Positions 19,353-28,493 of a stretch of 64,000 nucleotides of DNA are shown piece by piece. The stretch is from a virus. Position 1 is the stretch's first letter, and each line of letters begins with the position of its first letter. The translations under genes and the position numbers were made by a program. The stretch spans positions 32,001-96,000 of the IMG/VR virus record IMGVR_UViG_3300025137_005412; one strand, 5' to 3'. The notes beneath the pieces were generated by a model that did not search any database, was not told the origin of the DNA, and saw only the letters and a program-made list of their open reading frames with translations.

Positions 19353-19796
19353 ATGCAACTTATAATAGAAACACAATATATGGAAAACTACAATGTAGAA
19401 AATCCTGGCCAAGGTCAAGATAGATGGAAATATAAAGGTGGTTCCACTTATAAGGTGCAGGATGTTGACATTAACATGGACTTTAAGAAATACATTAAGA
19501 CACATCTAGCTCCGAAGATAGAGTATGAGTCAGATATGTCTCAAGAATATATTCTTGACTGGTCCATCGTGTCAGATGACTATCTGTCAGACTTTGAAAA
19601 GTCTCAACTTGAATATGAAGGTTTTAAGGGCTATCAAGAACCTAAGATCTATATTGAAGATGATAAGATGACTAAGATCAAAGAGTTTGAGGGTCATCGT
19701 GGTAGAAATAGACACGTGTGGGAATGGTTTGCTGATGGTTCTGAATGGGTATACAATAAAGCATTATCATTTGAACTAACAAGAAGGGTAGCATAA
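19353..19796 (+). CDS. Hypothetical protein
   Basis: TQYMENY...WKYKGG motif common in phage early ORFs; own promoter and RBS. Confidence 0.6.
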   Translation: MQLIIETQYMENYNVENPGQGQDRWKYKGGSTYKVQDVDINMDFKKYIKTHLAPKIEYESDMSQEYILDWSIVSDDYLSDFEKSQLEYEGFKGYQEPKIYIEDDKMTKIKEFEGHRGRNRHVWEWFADGSEWVYNKALSFELTRRVA

Positions 19797-20245
19797 TGGG
19801 CGATTACGTAATATTCGATGTAGATGGTACATTGATGGACATTACTCACAGACGTAAGTTTGTACAGAGTAGTCCAAAAGACTGGGATTCATTCAATGAT
19901 CCTAAGAATGTAGAGAAAGATACACCTATTGAAGAGGTGTTTGAGCTTGCTAGACTATTATCTAAGCGAAACTATATAGTCATATCAAGTGGTAGAAAGA
20001 AGAAGCTAAGGGATCTGACTATGAAGCAGATAAGAGCCAATGGACTTGACCCTGAACTAGCACTCTTTCGAAGTGATACAGACTTTAGGCCAGATCATGA
20101 GCTTAAACGTGATCATCTGCAGAAGATGATACTTCACTTTAATGACGAGTTCCCACGTATGGCCTTTGATGATAGAGATTCAGTGGTAGATATGTGGCGA
20201 GAGAATGGTATCAAGACCTTTCAGCCTGAAAGAGGTAATTTTTAA
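19796..20245 (+). CDS. HAD phosphatase, PseT 3'-phosphatase domain-like
   Basis: FDVDGT, SSGR, RPD..LK, FDDR..VV.MWR. Confidence 0.85.
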   Translation: MGDYVIFDVDGTLMDITHRRKFVQSSPKDWDSFNDPKNVEKDTPIEEVFELARLLSKRNYIVISSGRKKKLRDLTMKQIRANGLDPELALFRSDTDFRPDHELKRDHLQKMILHFNDEFPRMAFDDRDSVVDMWRENGIKTFQPERGNF

Positions 20246-20434
20246 CACAATAAGGTATAATAATAATACAGGAGAAAACACACATGATTGACGTACTTAA
20301 TGAGATAGAATATCTAGAAAAGATCAAAGACGCTGCAGAAGATAAAGACTTCGCAAAGGTTATAGAGCTATGTAGAGACAAGATACATGATAATGTCAAG
20401 GTAGTAAAAGACTTTGAATTTGCAAATCACCTAG

Positions 20435-20878
20435 ATGAAAACAGCAACTAATAGAGAGATAATGGGTAGGCTAGGTGAAGAAGCCCTAGCCGCCAAGTAC
20501 AATTTTACCCTGTCGGATGACAAGTACGATATGGAAAAAGATGCGATAGATGAGAGTGGTAATCGAGTAGAGATTAAGACTCAGAATCGTCATCCTGCCG
20601 GGTATTTTACGGTCAACCTTGCCAATGTTAATCAGTTGAAGAAGTGTGTAGAGGTTGACCGTCTTTTGTTTCTCGAGTATGACAACAGTGATACTCTTAA
20701 AGTATGGGAATGTCCAAAGAATGATAAGGCCAGAAGAGCTAAGACAATCAGAACACGTGATGGTAGAGCCATGGCTGGATTCCCAATAGATGAGATGGAG
20801 ATGATCGAGGAGATGCAAGATAAGGAACTATCACGCATGTTTAAGCAACTATCACAGTCAAAGGTCATTGATGTATAA
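20435..20878 (+). CDS. PD-(D/E)XK nuclease-like protein
   Basis: GRLGEE...KD...VEIKTQ. Confidence 0.5.
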   Translation: MKTATNREIMGRLGEEALAAKYNFTLSDDKYDMEKDAIDESGNRVEIKTQNRHPAGYFTVNLANVNQLKKCVEVDRLLFLEYDNSDTLKVWECPKNDKARRAKTIRTRDGRAMAGFPIDEMEMIEEMQDKELSRMFKQLSQSKVIDV

Positions 20879-21188
20879 TCCACTTCCACAGTTTCTTACT
20901 CTTAAAGAGTCAGTAATACATGGTCTTGGATGCTTTGCACGAGAGAGTATACCATCACAGTTCATTATCGGTGTGACACATGTATACCTTGATCATAAGA
21001 TCATAAGAACACCACTTGGTGGTTTTATCAACCATGCCGTACTCTCAAACTGTGTACTCGAAGATGGATATCTCAACCAGGATGATGAGATTATCAACAT
21101 GTACAAGTGTAAACGAATCATGACAACAAGATTAATTAACCCCGGTGAGGAGCTAACACTCACCTACAAGATGTACGACCCGACATGA
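20868..21188 (+). CDS. SET-domain protein
   Basis: S.IHGLGCFA, GGFINH, GEELTLTY. Confidence 0.85.
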   Translation: MMYNPLPQFLTLKESVIHGLGCFARESIPSQFIIGVTHVYLDHKIIRTPLGGFINHAVLSNCVLEDGYLNQDDEIINMYKCKRIMTTRLINPGEELTLTYKMYDPT

Positions 21189-21610
21189 CACCATTAGAAA
21201 CACTCTTAATTCTATATCTCGGCACACTCATACTTTTCAGTGGTACGCCGAAGATCTAACAAGCTCGGTAAGGCCTATGTAAGACTCTTTTGTTTTGCAG
21301 GGATAGGCGTTAAACAGAGTAAAGATCAGAAGAATTCACATGAACACGAGGTTCGCGCCAGAAACATATACCCAGGAGAGTACGTAGGTGGTCCCATTGA
21401 CCCCATTCATAACGATTCTGACCTGTATCCACAGATACTATACAACTATAACAACAAGAAAGATAGTAAACCAATCGTGTATATACCATTAGATGATACA
21501 CCGATACACTTAGAACCATTCAAATCATTATGTCTATATCTACTACTCAGCACTATATCAATACTGTTTATAGGTGGTCTGATGTACCTCCTAAGTGTTC
21601 TGATCACTCC

Positions 21611-21744
21611 CTGAGCTCCCGTGCATTGGTGCTCGGTGTTCAATGTGTATTTAAAAATACAGCTGAAAATAGCCGGTACGAGGGCTCTATAGACCCTTCT
21701 AAACACCACCGAGAGATGCCGACTAAATCCACAGGGAGCCTCGG
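21611..21744 (+). ncRNA. Candidate structured RNA or structured DNA element
   Basis: Nested stems with G-U pairs in a GC-richer intergenic region; family not recognised. Confidence 0.35.
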
Positions 21745-21797
21745 AATATCACGGCCGACACCCCTCTATAGCACACGAGTACAAAAAACTCATAAAA

Positions 21798-21959
21798 ACA
21801 GTGATAAAAATGTCACAGTAGGGAATAAAAATGACGGCTGTGGTCTAAGTGGTTGATTTCTAATAACAAAATAATCTAAAAAAATGCATAAAGTTGTTTA
21901 CATGCTCGCCGAACTGTATAGAATAGGCTATATCAATGATTAACAAAGGTAAATATATG
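21798..21959 (+). promoter_or_regulatory. Early promoter cassette B
   Basis: 21845-21884 matches 18633-18672 at 38/40; perfect IHF box 21846-21858; TTTACA-N16-TAGAAT. Confidence 0.7.
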
Positions 21960-22136
21960 ACAGAAAAAATGAAAGCGGCATTTCAAAAAGCCGTAACCAA
22001 CCCAGAAAACTTGAATCTTGATGGTTCAATTAACTGGAACTTTGTAGATGCAGATGTGTATCATGAAGTAGACCCTGATGAAACTACTGTACATTACAAT
22101 AAGTTTCATATGCTTTGTAATTCTTTTAAACTTTAA
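21957..22136 (+). CDS. Small early protein
   Basis: Behind cassette B; DGSINWNFVDAD motif. Confidence 0.6.
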   Translation: MTEKMKAAFQKAVTNPENLNLDGSINWNFVDADVYHEVDPDETTVHYNKFHMLCNSFKL

Positions 22137-22153
22137 CAGCGAGGACAATAACC

Positions 22154-22342
22154 ATGAGTAAAATGAATCAACTATACCTAGAACTAAGCGAACGTGCACA
22201 GGACTATATCAGCGACTTTGCTGATAAGAAGTACTTCACATTATTAGATGCCAAGGATGCCTACCTTGATATATACGGCGAGTCAGCTGCTCCCATCTTT
22301 GAACAAGAATGCGAAACAGCTAGCGAGATAGGTATCATATAA
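22154..22342 (+). CDS. Small early protein
   Basis: RBS GAGGA; MSKM start typical of phage early ORFs. Confidence 0.55.
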   Translation: MSKMNQLYLELSERAQDYISDFADKKYFTLLDAKDAYLDIYGESAAPIFEQECETASEIGII

Positions 22343-22454
22343 TGCTTGAAACAATCTTATACTGGGTAATATTCCCAACTATGGGCTTCACATTCTATTG
22401 TGCATGTGTAGCCCTATACCTACATACAAAAGAAATCTTTAAGGAGGATATATA

Positions 22455-22964
22455 ATGGCTAAATCAGGCTACAAACAACCAAATACAATCGAAGAAGCTG
22501 TCAAGGGTCTTACCCCTGTGGTAAAGAAATTTGCAAGACAGTATACCCGTAATCACTATCACCTGTACGAAGACCTCATGCAGGATGGTTTTATGGGTAT
22601 CTGTGAGGCATGGGAAAAGTTTGACCATACCAAGGGTGCCAGCTTTACCACCTACGCATGGTTCTATATCCGTAAGAAGATGCAGACCACGGTAGATCCC
22701 TTTTGGAAATGGGATAATAAGACGGTGCCAGAAGACTGGGCTCCCGATAGTGGCTATGAGCATAGCTTCGATGGCTTCGCCGCAGTACAGGCATTCCATC
22801 AGTTAAATGAGTATGAGCAGAAGCTTATCATGCTCAGAACCGAGGGCTATACCTTTAGTGAGATAGCTAAGACCCTTAATAAAGAATCACCTAAGAAGCG
22901 ATCTCTGAATAAGATCAGGTCTGAAATACTTGAGATACAAGATCGCCTGGTAGCAGAAGAATAG
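22455..22964 (+). CDS. Sigma-70-family RNA polymerase sigma factor (regions 2 and 4)
   Basis: YEDLMQDGFMGICEAWEKFD..KGASFTTYAWFYIR (region 2); EGYTFSEIAKTL (region 4 HTH). Confidence 0.85.
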   Translation: MAKSGYKQPNTIEEAVKGLTPVVKKFARQYTRNHYHLYEDLMQDGFMGICEAWEKFDHTKGASFTTYAWFYIRKKMQTTVDPFWKWDNKTVPEDWAPDSGYEHSFDGFAAVQAFHQLNEYEQKLIMLRTEGYTFSEIAKTLNKESPKKRSLNKIRSEILEIQDRLVAEE

Positions 22965-22978
22965 TACTAGGTAGGTAA

Positions 22979-23017
22979 TCCCATCAAATACCCGAGACCG
23001 TTAGGTATTTGGTGGGG
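22979..23017. terminator. Hairpin at the convergence of + and - gene blocks
   Basis: TCCCATCAAATACC / GGTATTTGGTGGGG 14-bp stem; T8 and T7 tracts at 23060-23082. Confidence 0.55.
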
Positions 23018-23080
23018 CAAAAGTCCCGGGAAGGTCGTCCGTGCTTAGCTCCGAAGAGATTTTTTTTCACCAGGATTTTT

Positions 23081-24328
23081 TTACCCGAGTATTGGTGGTA
23101 ATGGTAGAGAGGATTCGTTATCACTTGCCCTCTGGGGATGTTCGGCTAGTATTGGTTTAGCTCCCTCTATATAGGGTGGAGGTGGTGGATTCAATATGAT
23201 CTTCTTCGGTGGTTCTATACCCATAGATTGAAAGTTATTCGGTATCTGTTGTAGTGTATCATTTGAACCGGTAATAGCATGTCTCATTGCATTTCTTTCA
23301 TTCATTTCCTTCTCGAATTGTTGTCTCTGCTGCTCATCTGTTGGATATACTGTATTACCTCCCTGGTCGAATAGACCCATCCAAGGTATATGTATCCTTA
23401 CCGGACCGATAGGAGTATCAATATCGCATTCTAATACCGTGTCTTTACCCTTCGGACCGGCCTTGATCTGTTCGTGCTTCGCCTGTATTCGAAGCTGCAG
23501 TACATCTTTCGGATGCATAAGATCGGGGTAGATGATATTCTCCTGACCCGCCAGCTGTCTCTCGATACTCGCCCGGATATCATCCGGATTATCCTCATAG
23601 GCGATACCTCGGACCTCGGGAGTTATCTTCTTAATATCTACGAGCTCCTCATCATTCTCTATATGTGCCATCAGGTTCTCCCATGTTATCTGATGAAAGT
23701 TATCAAATCCAATGAGTCTCGGAGGTGACTTACCATCGAGTGGATTGACGTGATAGAACTCGGTATCGGGGAACTGTTTAATAATCCACTGATATCTTCT
23801 CTGCCAGTTACGAAATGTAGGTGCTCCGTTGATTACACCTTCCTTCTTCTTGGCATAGTGCTTCATACCCTCATAGAGGTTATTCATCAGGCCATTACTA
23901 TCGGGATTATTGATATCGGCATCGGACTTGATACCAAAGAAGTCATTACCGATGAGAAAGATCTTCTTATGTTCATGTACCTTACAGGCCACATAGGTGG
24001 CGGATGGTCCGGCTGCAAACTTCTCGGGTGTTGGTATCTTCTTGGCTCCGCTTCCAGGTTTAGGAAACCACGTATAGAACCAGTTCGATCTCGGCCAGTT
24101 AGGTGTAGTCTTCAATATAGTACGAGTCATAGGCTCATCAGATGCTACTAATACATGTGGTGCAAACTCTTCTCGATAGAACCAGTTGCAGGCATAGAGT
24201 ATTCCATACTCTTTAAGTGTCTTAATATCCTTATCTTTTCTTGTGATACCGTTACCAATTACCCATGCGTACTGACCGGTCGGTAGTGTCTTCTTACCGG
24301 TACCCTTAATCTTTGGAAGCTTCTTCAT
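23081..24328 (-). CDS. Glycosyltransferase-like protein (sialyltransferase/DUF115-like N-terminus), Pro-rich tail
   Basis: VIGNG.TR, YACN.FYRE.F.P..LVA.D, IFLIG.D. Confidence 0.5.
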   Translation of the reverse strand: MKKLPKIKGTGKKTLPTGQYAWVIGNGITRKDKDIKTLKEYGILYACNWFYREEFAPHVLVASDEPMTRTILKTTPNWPRSNWFYTWFPKPGSGAKKIPTPEKFAAGPSATYVACKVHEHKKIFLIGNDFFGIKSDADINNPDSNGLMNNLYEGMKHYAKKKEGVINGAPTFRNWQRRYQWIIKQFPDTEFYHVNPLDGKSPPRLIGFDNFHQITWENLMAHIENDEELVDIKKITPEVRGIAYEDNPDDIRASIERQLAGQENIIYPDLMHPKDVLQLRIQAKHEQIKAGPKGKDTVLECDIDTPIGPVRIHIPWMGLFDQGGNTVYPTDEQQRQQFEKEMNERNAMRHAITGSNDTLQQIPNNFQSMGIEPPKKIILNPPPPPYIEGAKPILAEHPQRASDNESSLPLPPILG

Positions 24329-25410
24329 ATATACCTCTTCATAAATTTGTTAAGACCCGCATCAACATGTAGAGACCTGTTCATGTTATGTTCTCGATCC
24401 TTATTAGTATTATACCATATATCCTGCCATTCTTTATCACTCAGGTGATATAAACGACTGATCTCCTCGTTCAACCTGTTAAGTCTATTAAGTGGATTAC
24501 GTTCGTTGTCGTATGAATGGTCTATATACCGATCAAAGAACTTCCATCCCTTCCTTCGTAGGTTGTTGATATGATGTTGCTGTGCCCAGTACAGAGAAAG
24601 GTTCCCTGATCTGAGAGCACGAAATGTCTTCTCACTTGCAAATGTAGTTAACGGTCCACCATTGACTCGTGTTTCCGATACGATCTCCAGTTGAAAGTTT
24701 GCTCGTGAATCATAGCTATCTACCATGGCACCATTCTCTCCCGCTATCAGGTCCTGTCCCTCATTAGTTATTCTATTCTTAATAGAACCCCAATTATCAA
24801 AGTGTTTCTTTAATGGTTCACTGATATGCGGTCTCTCGAGCTCGGTAAGTACATGTGGACATCTGATCTCCATCTGCATATTACTATTTACAAGTCTCTT
24901 TAAGAGTTCGATACGATATGTATAGTGTCTTCTCATCCAGAAGAACATACGATACTTCCTACTTACCTTCTGATCTCTTCGATTGTTAGATGGTTCAGGC
25001 TGTGACTGTGATAGATTACAATCAACGAACTTCTTCCAGTATGGAATATAGATCCAGTTCTTATCACAATTCTGAGTAAGTGGTCCTGAATTACAATGCC
25101 AGAAGTTTATGTTATCATAGTTCTTAAACTCATTCTTTACATCAAACCATTCAAGAAACCATGGTTCCATACCGACATTGACTATATAGACTACCTGATC
25201 ATTACCATGCTCATCATACATCTTATTCATATAATCACGAGCTACTTTATAGTCATTAAAGCCACCCATATGTTCAAAGTATATTACCTTATGATTCTTT
25301 GAGAGAGTAGCAAGATGTGGTTGAAAGCAGGATAGAGCTTTAGGTTTGAATGGGTACATCGATGTACCCATTTCTCTGATAAATGAGTTTGCTTGTATTA
25401 GTGGAAACAT
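24325..25410 (-). CDS. Putative glycosyltransferase (SEKT-motif, GT10-like)
   Basis: EIVSET...FASEKTFRAL...GWKFFD..IDHSYD. Confidence 0.5.
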   Translation of the reverse strand: MFPLIQANSFIREMGTSMYPFKPKALSCFQPHLATLSKNHKVIYFEHMGGFNDYKVARDYMNKMYDEHGNDQVVYIVNVGMEPWFLEWFDVKNEFKNYDNINFWHCNSGPLTQNCDKNWIYIPYWKKFVDCNLSQSQPEPSNNRRDQKVSRKYRMFFWMRRHYTYRIELLKRLVNSNMQMEIRCPHVLTELERPHISEPLKKHFDNWGSIKNRITNEGQDLIAGENGAMVDSYDSRANFQLEIVSETRVNGGPLTTFASEKTFRALRSGNLSLYWAQQHHINNLRRKGWKFFDRYIDHSYDNERNPLNRLNRLNEEISRLYHLSDKEWQDIWYNTNKDREHNMNRSLHVDAGLNKFMKRYI

Positions 25411-26573
25411 TGTTCGGTTCCATACTTTATAATCTTCTTAGTTCGAGGAATATCAAGATCGACATCATCTCCCCAAGGATCAACGAGTATTGAACCATCG
25501 GCAATGGAATCTATTATAAACTGTGAAGGACCACGGCTACAGAGATATACAGCCGGTTCACTCAGATACTTCTCATAATGAATCTTTGGTTGATTAAACA
25601 TATCTATCTGTGCCTCCATATCTTCAATCCATGCAGCGACTAGGAGAGAAGGAGAACCATCCGTGAGTTCAGATTCTGACTTAAAACCATTATCTAGAAA
25701 TACAATCGGTAGATCAAATGTCAAAAGATACTCGGACATCTTCTTAGCTTGAAAATCTCTTGCTTCCATGACCGATGAGAAGAGATCGTACTTAAGTTTA
25801 AGTTCCTCTGATAGAGACTTTAATGCTATATTATCTCGTGGATGACATGGACCACCGTCACCAAGACCAGGCTTCATGTATTTCTCACTGATAATTCTTT
25901 TCTTTGATTTGGCCAGAGCATTACATACCATGTTAGCATCTGTATGACCAATCTCCATTGCTACATCTTGAATCATATTGACAAAGGATATTTTCATAGA
26001 GATAAAAGTATTATAGAATACCTTTATACATTCAGCCTCCTCATATGAACCAGTTTCCCATCTCACTTTCGTAGTGATAATAGGTTTATAGAATTCTTTC
26101 AGTTCTTTAATATCTTCTTCATCACCACCAGCAATCATCATCTCAGGATTTAGAAAATCTTCCTTTACGGTACCCATTGCAATCAGATATGGATTGTATG
26201 CGAGTCTATAATTTTCAGGTATGTCGATCAATCTGTTTCTAAATGTGGTAGGTAATACAGTAGAGATTACAGTAACGAGTGCGTTGGGAGCGGCATAGTC
26301 ATTGAGATCTATGAGTACATCTTCAAGAGATGAGTAATCAAAATCCATTGCGGGTAAATTGTAAGTAGGTTTTTCACCACCATAGTTTTCATGATGTGGT
26401 GTAGGTACGGCAATAAAGATCATCTCAGCATCTTTACATACTTCAGCCATGTCAGTATTCATTTTTATATCATGAATATGAACATCATAGTATTCATTCA
26501 TTACATCAGCAACTGGTTGACCAAGTTTGCCTGCTCCGATAAATGCTACTTTCTTATTTTTTGCCACTGTCAA
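25398..26573 (-). CDS. UDP-glucose/GDP-mannose 6-dehydrogenase family
   Basis: GAGKLG, IAVPTPH, ISTV, YNPYLIAMG, KVFYNTFIS, GDGGPCHPRD. Confidence 0.9.
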   Translation of the reverse strand: MTVAKNKKVAFIGAGKLGQPVADVMNEYYDVHIHDIKMNTDMAEVCKDAEMIFIAVPTPHHENYGGEKPTYNLPAMDFDYSSLEDVLIDLNDYAAPNALVTVISTVLPTTFRNRLIDIPENYRLAYNPYLIAMGTVKEDFLNPEMMIAGGDEEDIKELKEFYKPIITTKVRWETGSYEEAECIKVFYNTFISMKISFVNMIQDVAMEIGHTDANMVCNALAKSKKRIISEKYMKPGLGDGGPCHPRDNIALKSLSEELKLKYDLFSSVMEARDFQAKKMSEYLLTFDLPIVFLDNGFKSESELTDGSPSLLVAAWIEDMEAQIDMFNQPKIHYEKYLSEPAVYLCSRGPSQFIIDSIADGSILVDPWGDDVDLDIPRTKKIIKYGTEQCFH

Positions 26574-26659
26574 AACCTTTTTTAAGAATACTTAAAACTA
26601 GGATTGTGGCTAAGGAAATGATGAAAGCATCCGCAATAGTTAATAGATCCATGATTTAT

Positions 26660-27367
26660 TTATTTTACGAGTTTGAAGTGACGCTCGTATACATGAAGAT
26701 TCTGAACTTGCCATACTATCTGGCCAATCTTAACACTAAGATCTTGGGATAAACGTGAAAGAACTTCTTGCTGCCATGCATAATCATTACGATAGCCATA
26801 TATAACATCATTAGATCTCATTTGAACTACTGAATGAATGGAGTTATTACGAATATAATATGTCACAGCATTAGTACAGATGAAATCATTCTTGCCATTT
26901 TCTCGGTATTCTTTCCATATAGATGGACGATTGTATATCATAGCAGCACGTCTGGAATCTGGATTATCAAGAAGTTCTTCGACTACATGTTCATATTGAT
27001 TATGATATAGATCATCGAAGATTAACTTACCGTAATTTGAATTGATATTACCATAATGATCAGCAGACATTTGCCATGCTTTAGGTGGTAGTTTATCTTC
27101 AGGACCATAGATGTCATATATATTTGTAGAGGTTGAATCATACCATTCAATTTCAGCATCTATATACTTTTGATTAGGGATACCAAAGATCGCAGGTTCA
27201 TCGGCTACAAAAGAAGCACCAATTAATTCTATAGTCTTAGAACCAGATCGATCCTTGGTAAACTTTTTTTGATTCAGTTCACTAATAAAGTGAGATCTGA
27301 TATCAGAAACTTTAGGTGTTAGATCATTTTTCAAAGATCTTCGCGAGAATTCCAGTATTTCCGCCAT
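26660..27367 (-). CDS. 42: dCMP hydroxymethylase (gp42-like)
   Basis: NSNYG, DFICTNAVTYYIR, MRSNDVIYGYRNDYAWQ, LHVYERHF closely match T4 gp42, including the cytosine-specifying Asp. Confidence 0.88.
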   Translation of the reverse strand: MAEILEFSRRSLKNDLTPKVSDIRSHFISELNQKKFTKDRSGSKTIELIGASFVADEPAIFGIPNQKYIDAEIEWYDSTSTNIYDIYGPEDKLPPKAWQMSADHYGNINSNYGKLIFDDLYHNQYEHVVEELLDNPDSRRAAMIYNRPSIWKEYRENGKNDFICTNAVTYYIRNNSIHSVVQMRSNDVIYGYRNDYAWQQEVLSRLSQDLSVKIGQIVWQVQNLHVYERHFKLVK

Positions 27368-27746
27368 GGTCAGGTGCCTCCCAATTTGCTGGTTTAGTTA
27401 AGTCCGGTAATCCATAAGGATTAGGACGTGATTCTTTAATTCCAATTTCTTTATTTAAGTTTGCTTTAAGTACTTCTTGCCATGCTTTATTACCATCTAC
27501 TTTGAAAGCATCAAGTGTACCAGCAGCAAATACAATAAGATCAATAAGACCATCTACAATTTCTTTTGTATCACCATCATCAAGTGCTGCTTTAGTTTCA
27601 TCTAATTCTTCTTGACACATTTCTAATCTAAATGCTAGGTACTTACCAAGCATATCTTTATTCATTCTATCTACTACTACAGGTACCATATATTTCATAT
27701 GCATACCTTTCATATCTTCAAATATATCACTCATATCTTGCTCCAT
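27324..27746 (-). CDS. MazG-like all-alpha NTP pyrophosphohydrolase
   Basis: QEELDE...EIVDGLIDL...V.KAN..K...KP.NW..P. Confidence 0.8.
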   Translation of the reverse strand: MEQDMSDIFEDMKGMHMKYMVPVVVDRMNKDMLGKYLAFRLEMCQEELDETKAALDDGDTKEIVDGLIDLIVFAAGTLDAFKVDGNKAWQEVLKANLNKEIGIKESRPNPYGLPDLTKPANWEAPDHGGNTGILAKIFEK

Positions 27747-28041
27747 TAAAAATTGCTGAGAATATTAAAGGTTCTATATCTGTATTATACACTTTATGAA
27801 ACTTATTTGCTGGTACTGGAATAGTATCACCAGGTTTAACTGCAAATGTTTCTTCATCTATTTGCATAAGTCCATTACCTTTTGTAAATACATATACTTC
27901 TTCTTGTTGTTTATCACTGTGTGTATGACCATTTGTTTCACATCCAGGTTGTAAGCAAGTAATTGATGGAACTAATATCTTTAGTTCATCATTATCTAGT
28001 ACGTAGTACCTCTCGTCTTTCTTAGCTATTTTCCAGGTCAT
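27727..28041 (-). CDS. Cupin-domain protein
   Basis: GHTH...EEVYVF..G.G...GD...VP...FHKV.N. Confidence 0.85.
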   Translation of the reverse strand: MTWKIAKKDERYYVLDNDELKILVPSITCLQPGCETNGHTHSDKQQEEVYVFTKGNGLMQIDEETFAVKPGDTIPVPANKFHKVYNTDIEPLIFSAIFNGARYE

Positions 28042-28312
28042 GTGTATGTAAGGCTATAAGAGCGTAATGTAATATCTTCATGATATCAGCTCTGTTTTTA
28101 CCATCTTTCTTTCCATATCGTTGTGTATATTTTAAAACATTACCTAAACTAAAGCTTAGGCCATGGCCACAATCAATAATAAATTCTGTTGATTGAAACT
28201 TATTCTTAGAGTAATGACCATCATAAGTCTTATCAATATAAGATTGCAGATCATCAATCAGATTCTTTTCATTGAACTTGTATTCTATTTTACTTTGTGA
28301 ATGGCCAGCCAT
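28022..28312 (-). CDS. DUF3310-like protein
   Basis: HYS...Q..E.I...F..GNVLKY..RYGKKDG...D..K. Confidence 0.75.
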   Translation of the reverse strand: MAGHSQSKIEYKFNEKNLIDDLQSYIDKTYDGHYSKNKFQSTEFIIDCGHGLSFSLGNVLKYTQRYGKKDGKNRADIMKILHYALIALHTHDLENS

Positions 28313-28493
28313 TTTTATTTCCTTTTAAGTTTTCAATTCTTTCTTTTAAAAAAGATATAGTAGTATATATGAATCCACAATCATGTGGTTCTAATAATGT
28401 TTCGAAATATTTGATTTCATTTTCTAGTATTTCTATTTTAGCACCATCAGAATATTCCATGGTACCACTATCATTTATTTGTTTATTGTCCAT
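28290..28493 (-). CDS. Hypothetical protein
   Basis: PHDCG.I.TTIS.L..R motif; overlaps neighbours. Confidence 0.55.
   Translation of the reverse strand: MDNKQINDSGTMEYSDGAKIEILENEIKYFETLLEPHDCGFIYTTISFLKERIENLKGNKNGWPFTK

Noticed and set aside
19027-19798. AGGGTAGCATAATG repeated at two gene junctions (19027, 19785)
   Set aside because: Explained by RBS plus TAATG translational coupling; only 14 bp.
20435-20878. Homing endonuclease or mobile element
   Set aside because: No HNH, GIY-YIG or LAGLIDADG motif and no interrupted host gene.
21240-21856. ORFs 21240, 21310, 21446 and 21530 as proteins
   Set aside because: Mutually overlapping, no clear RBS or motifs; part of the region is better explained as a structured non-coding element, though the 3' part of 21240 may be real.
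26660-27367. Thymidylate synthase (thyA/td)
   Set aside because: Has the RND Asp and DFxCTN motifs of dCMP hydroxymethylase, not the PCH and Asn of ThyA.
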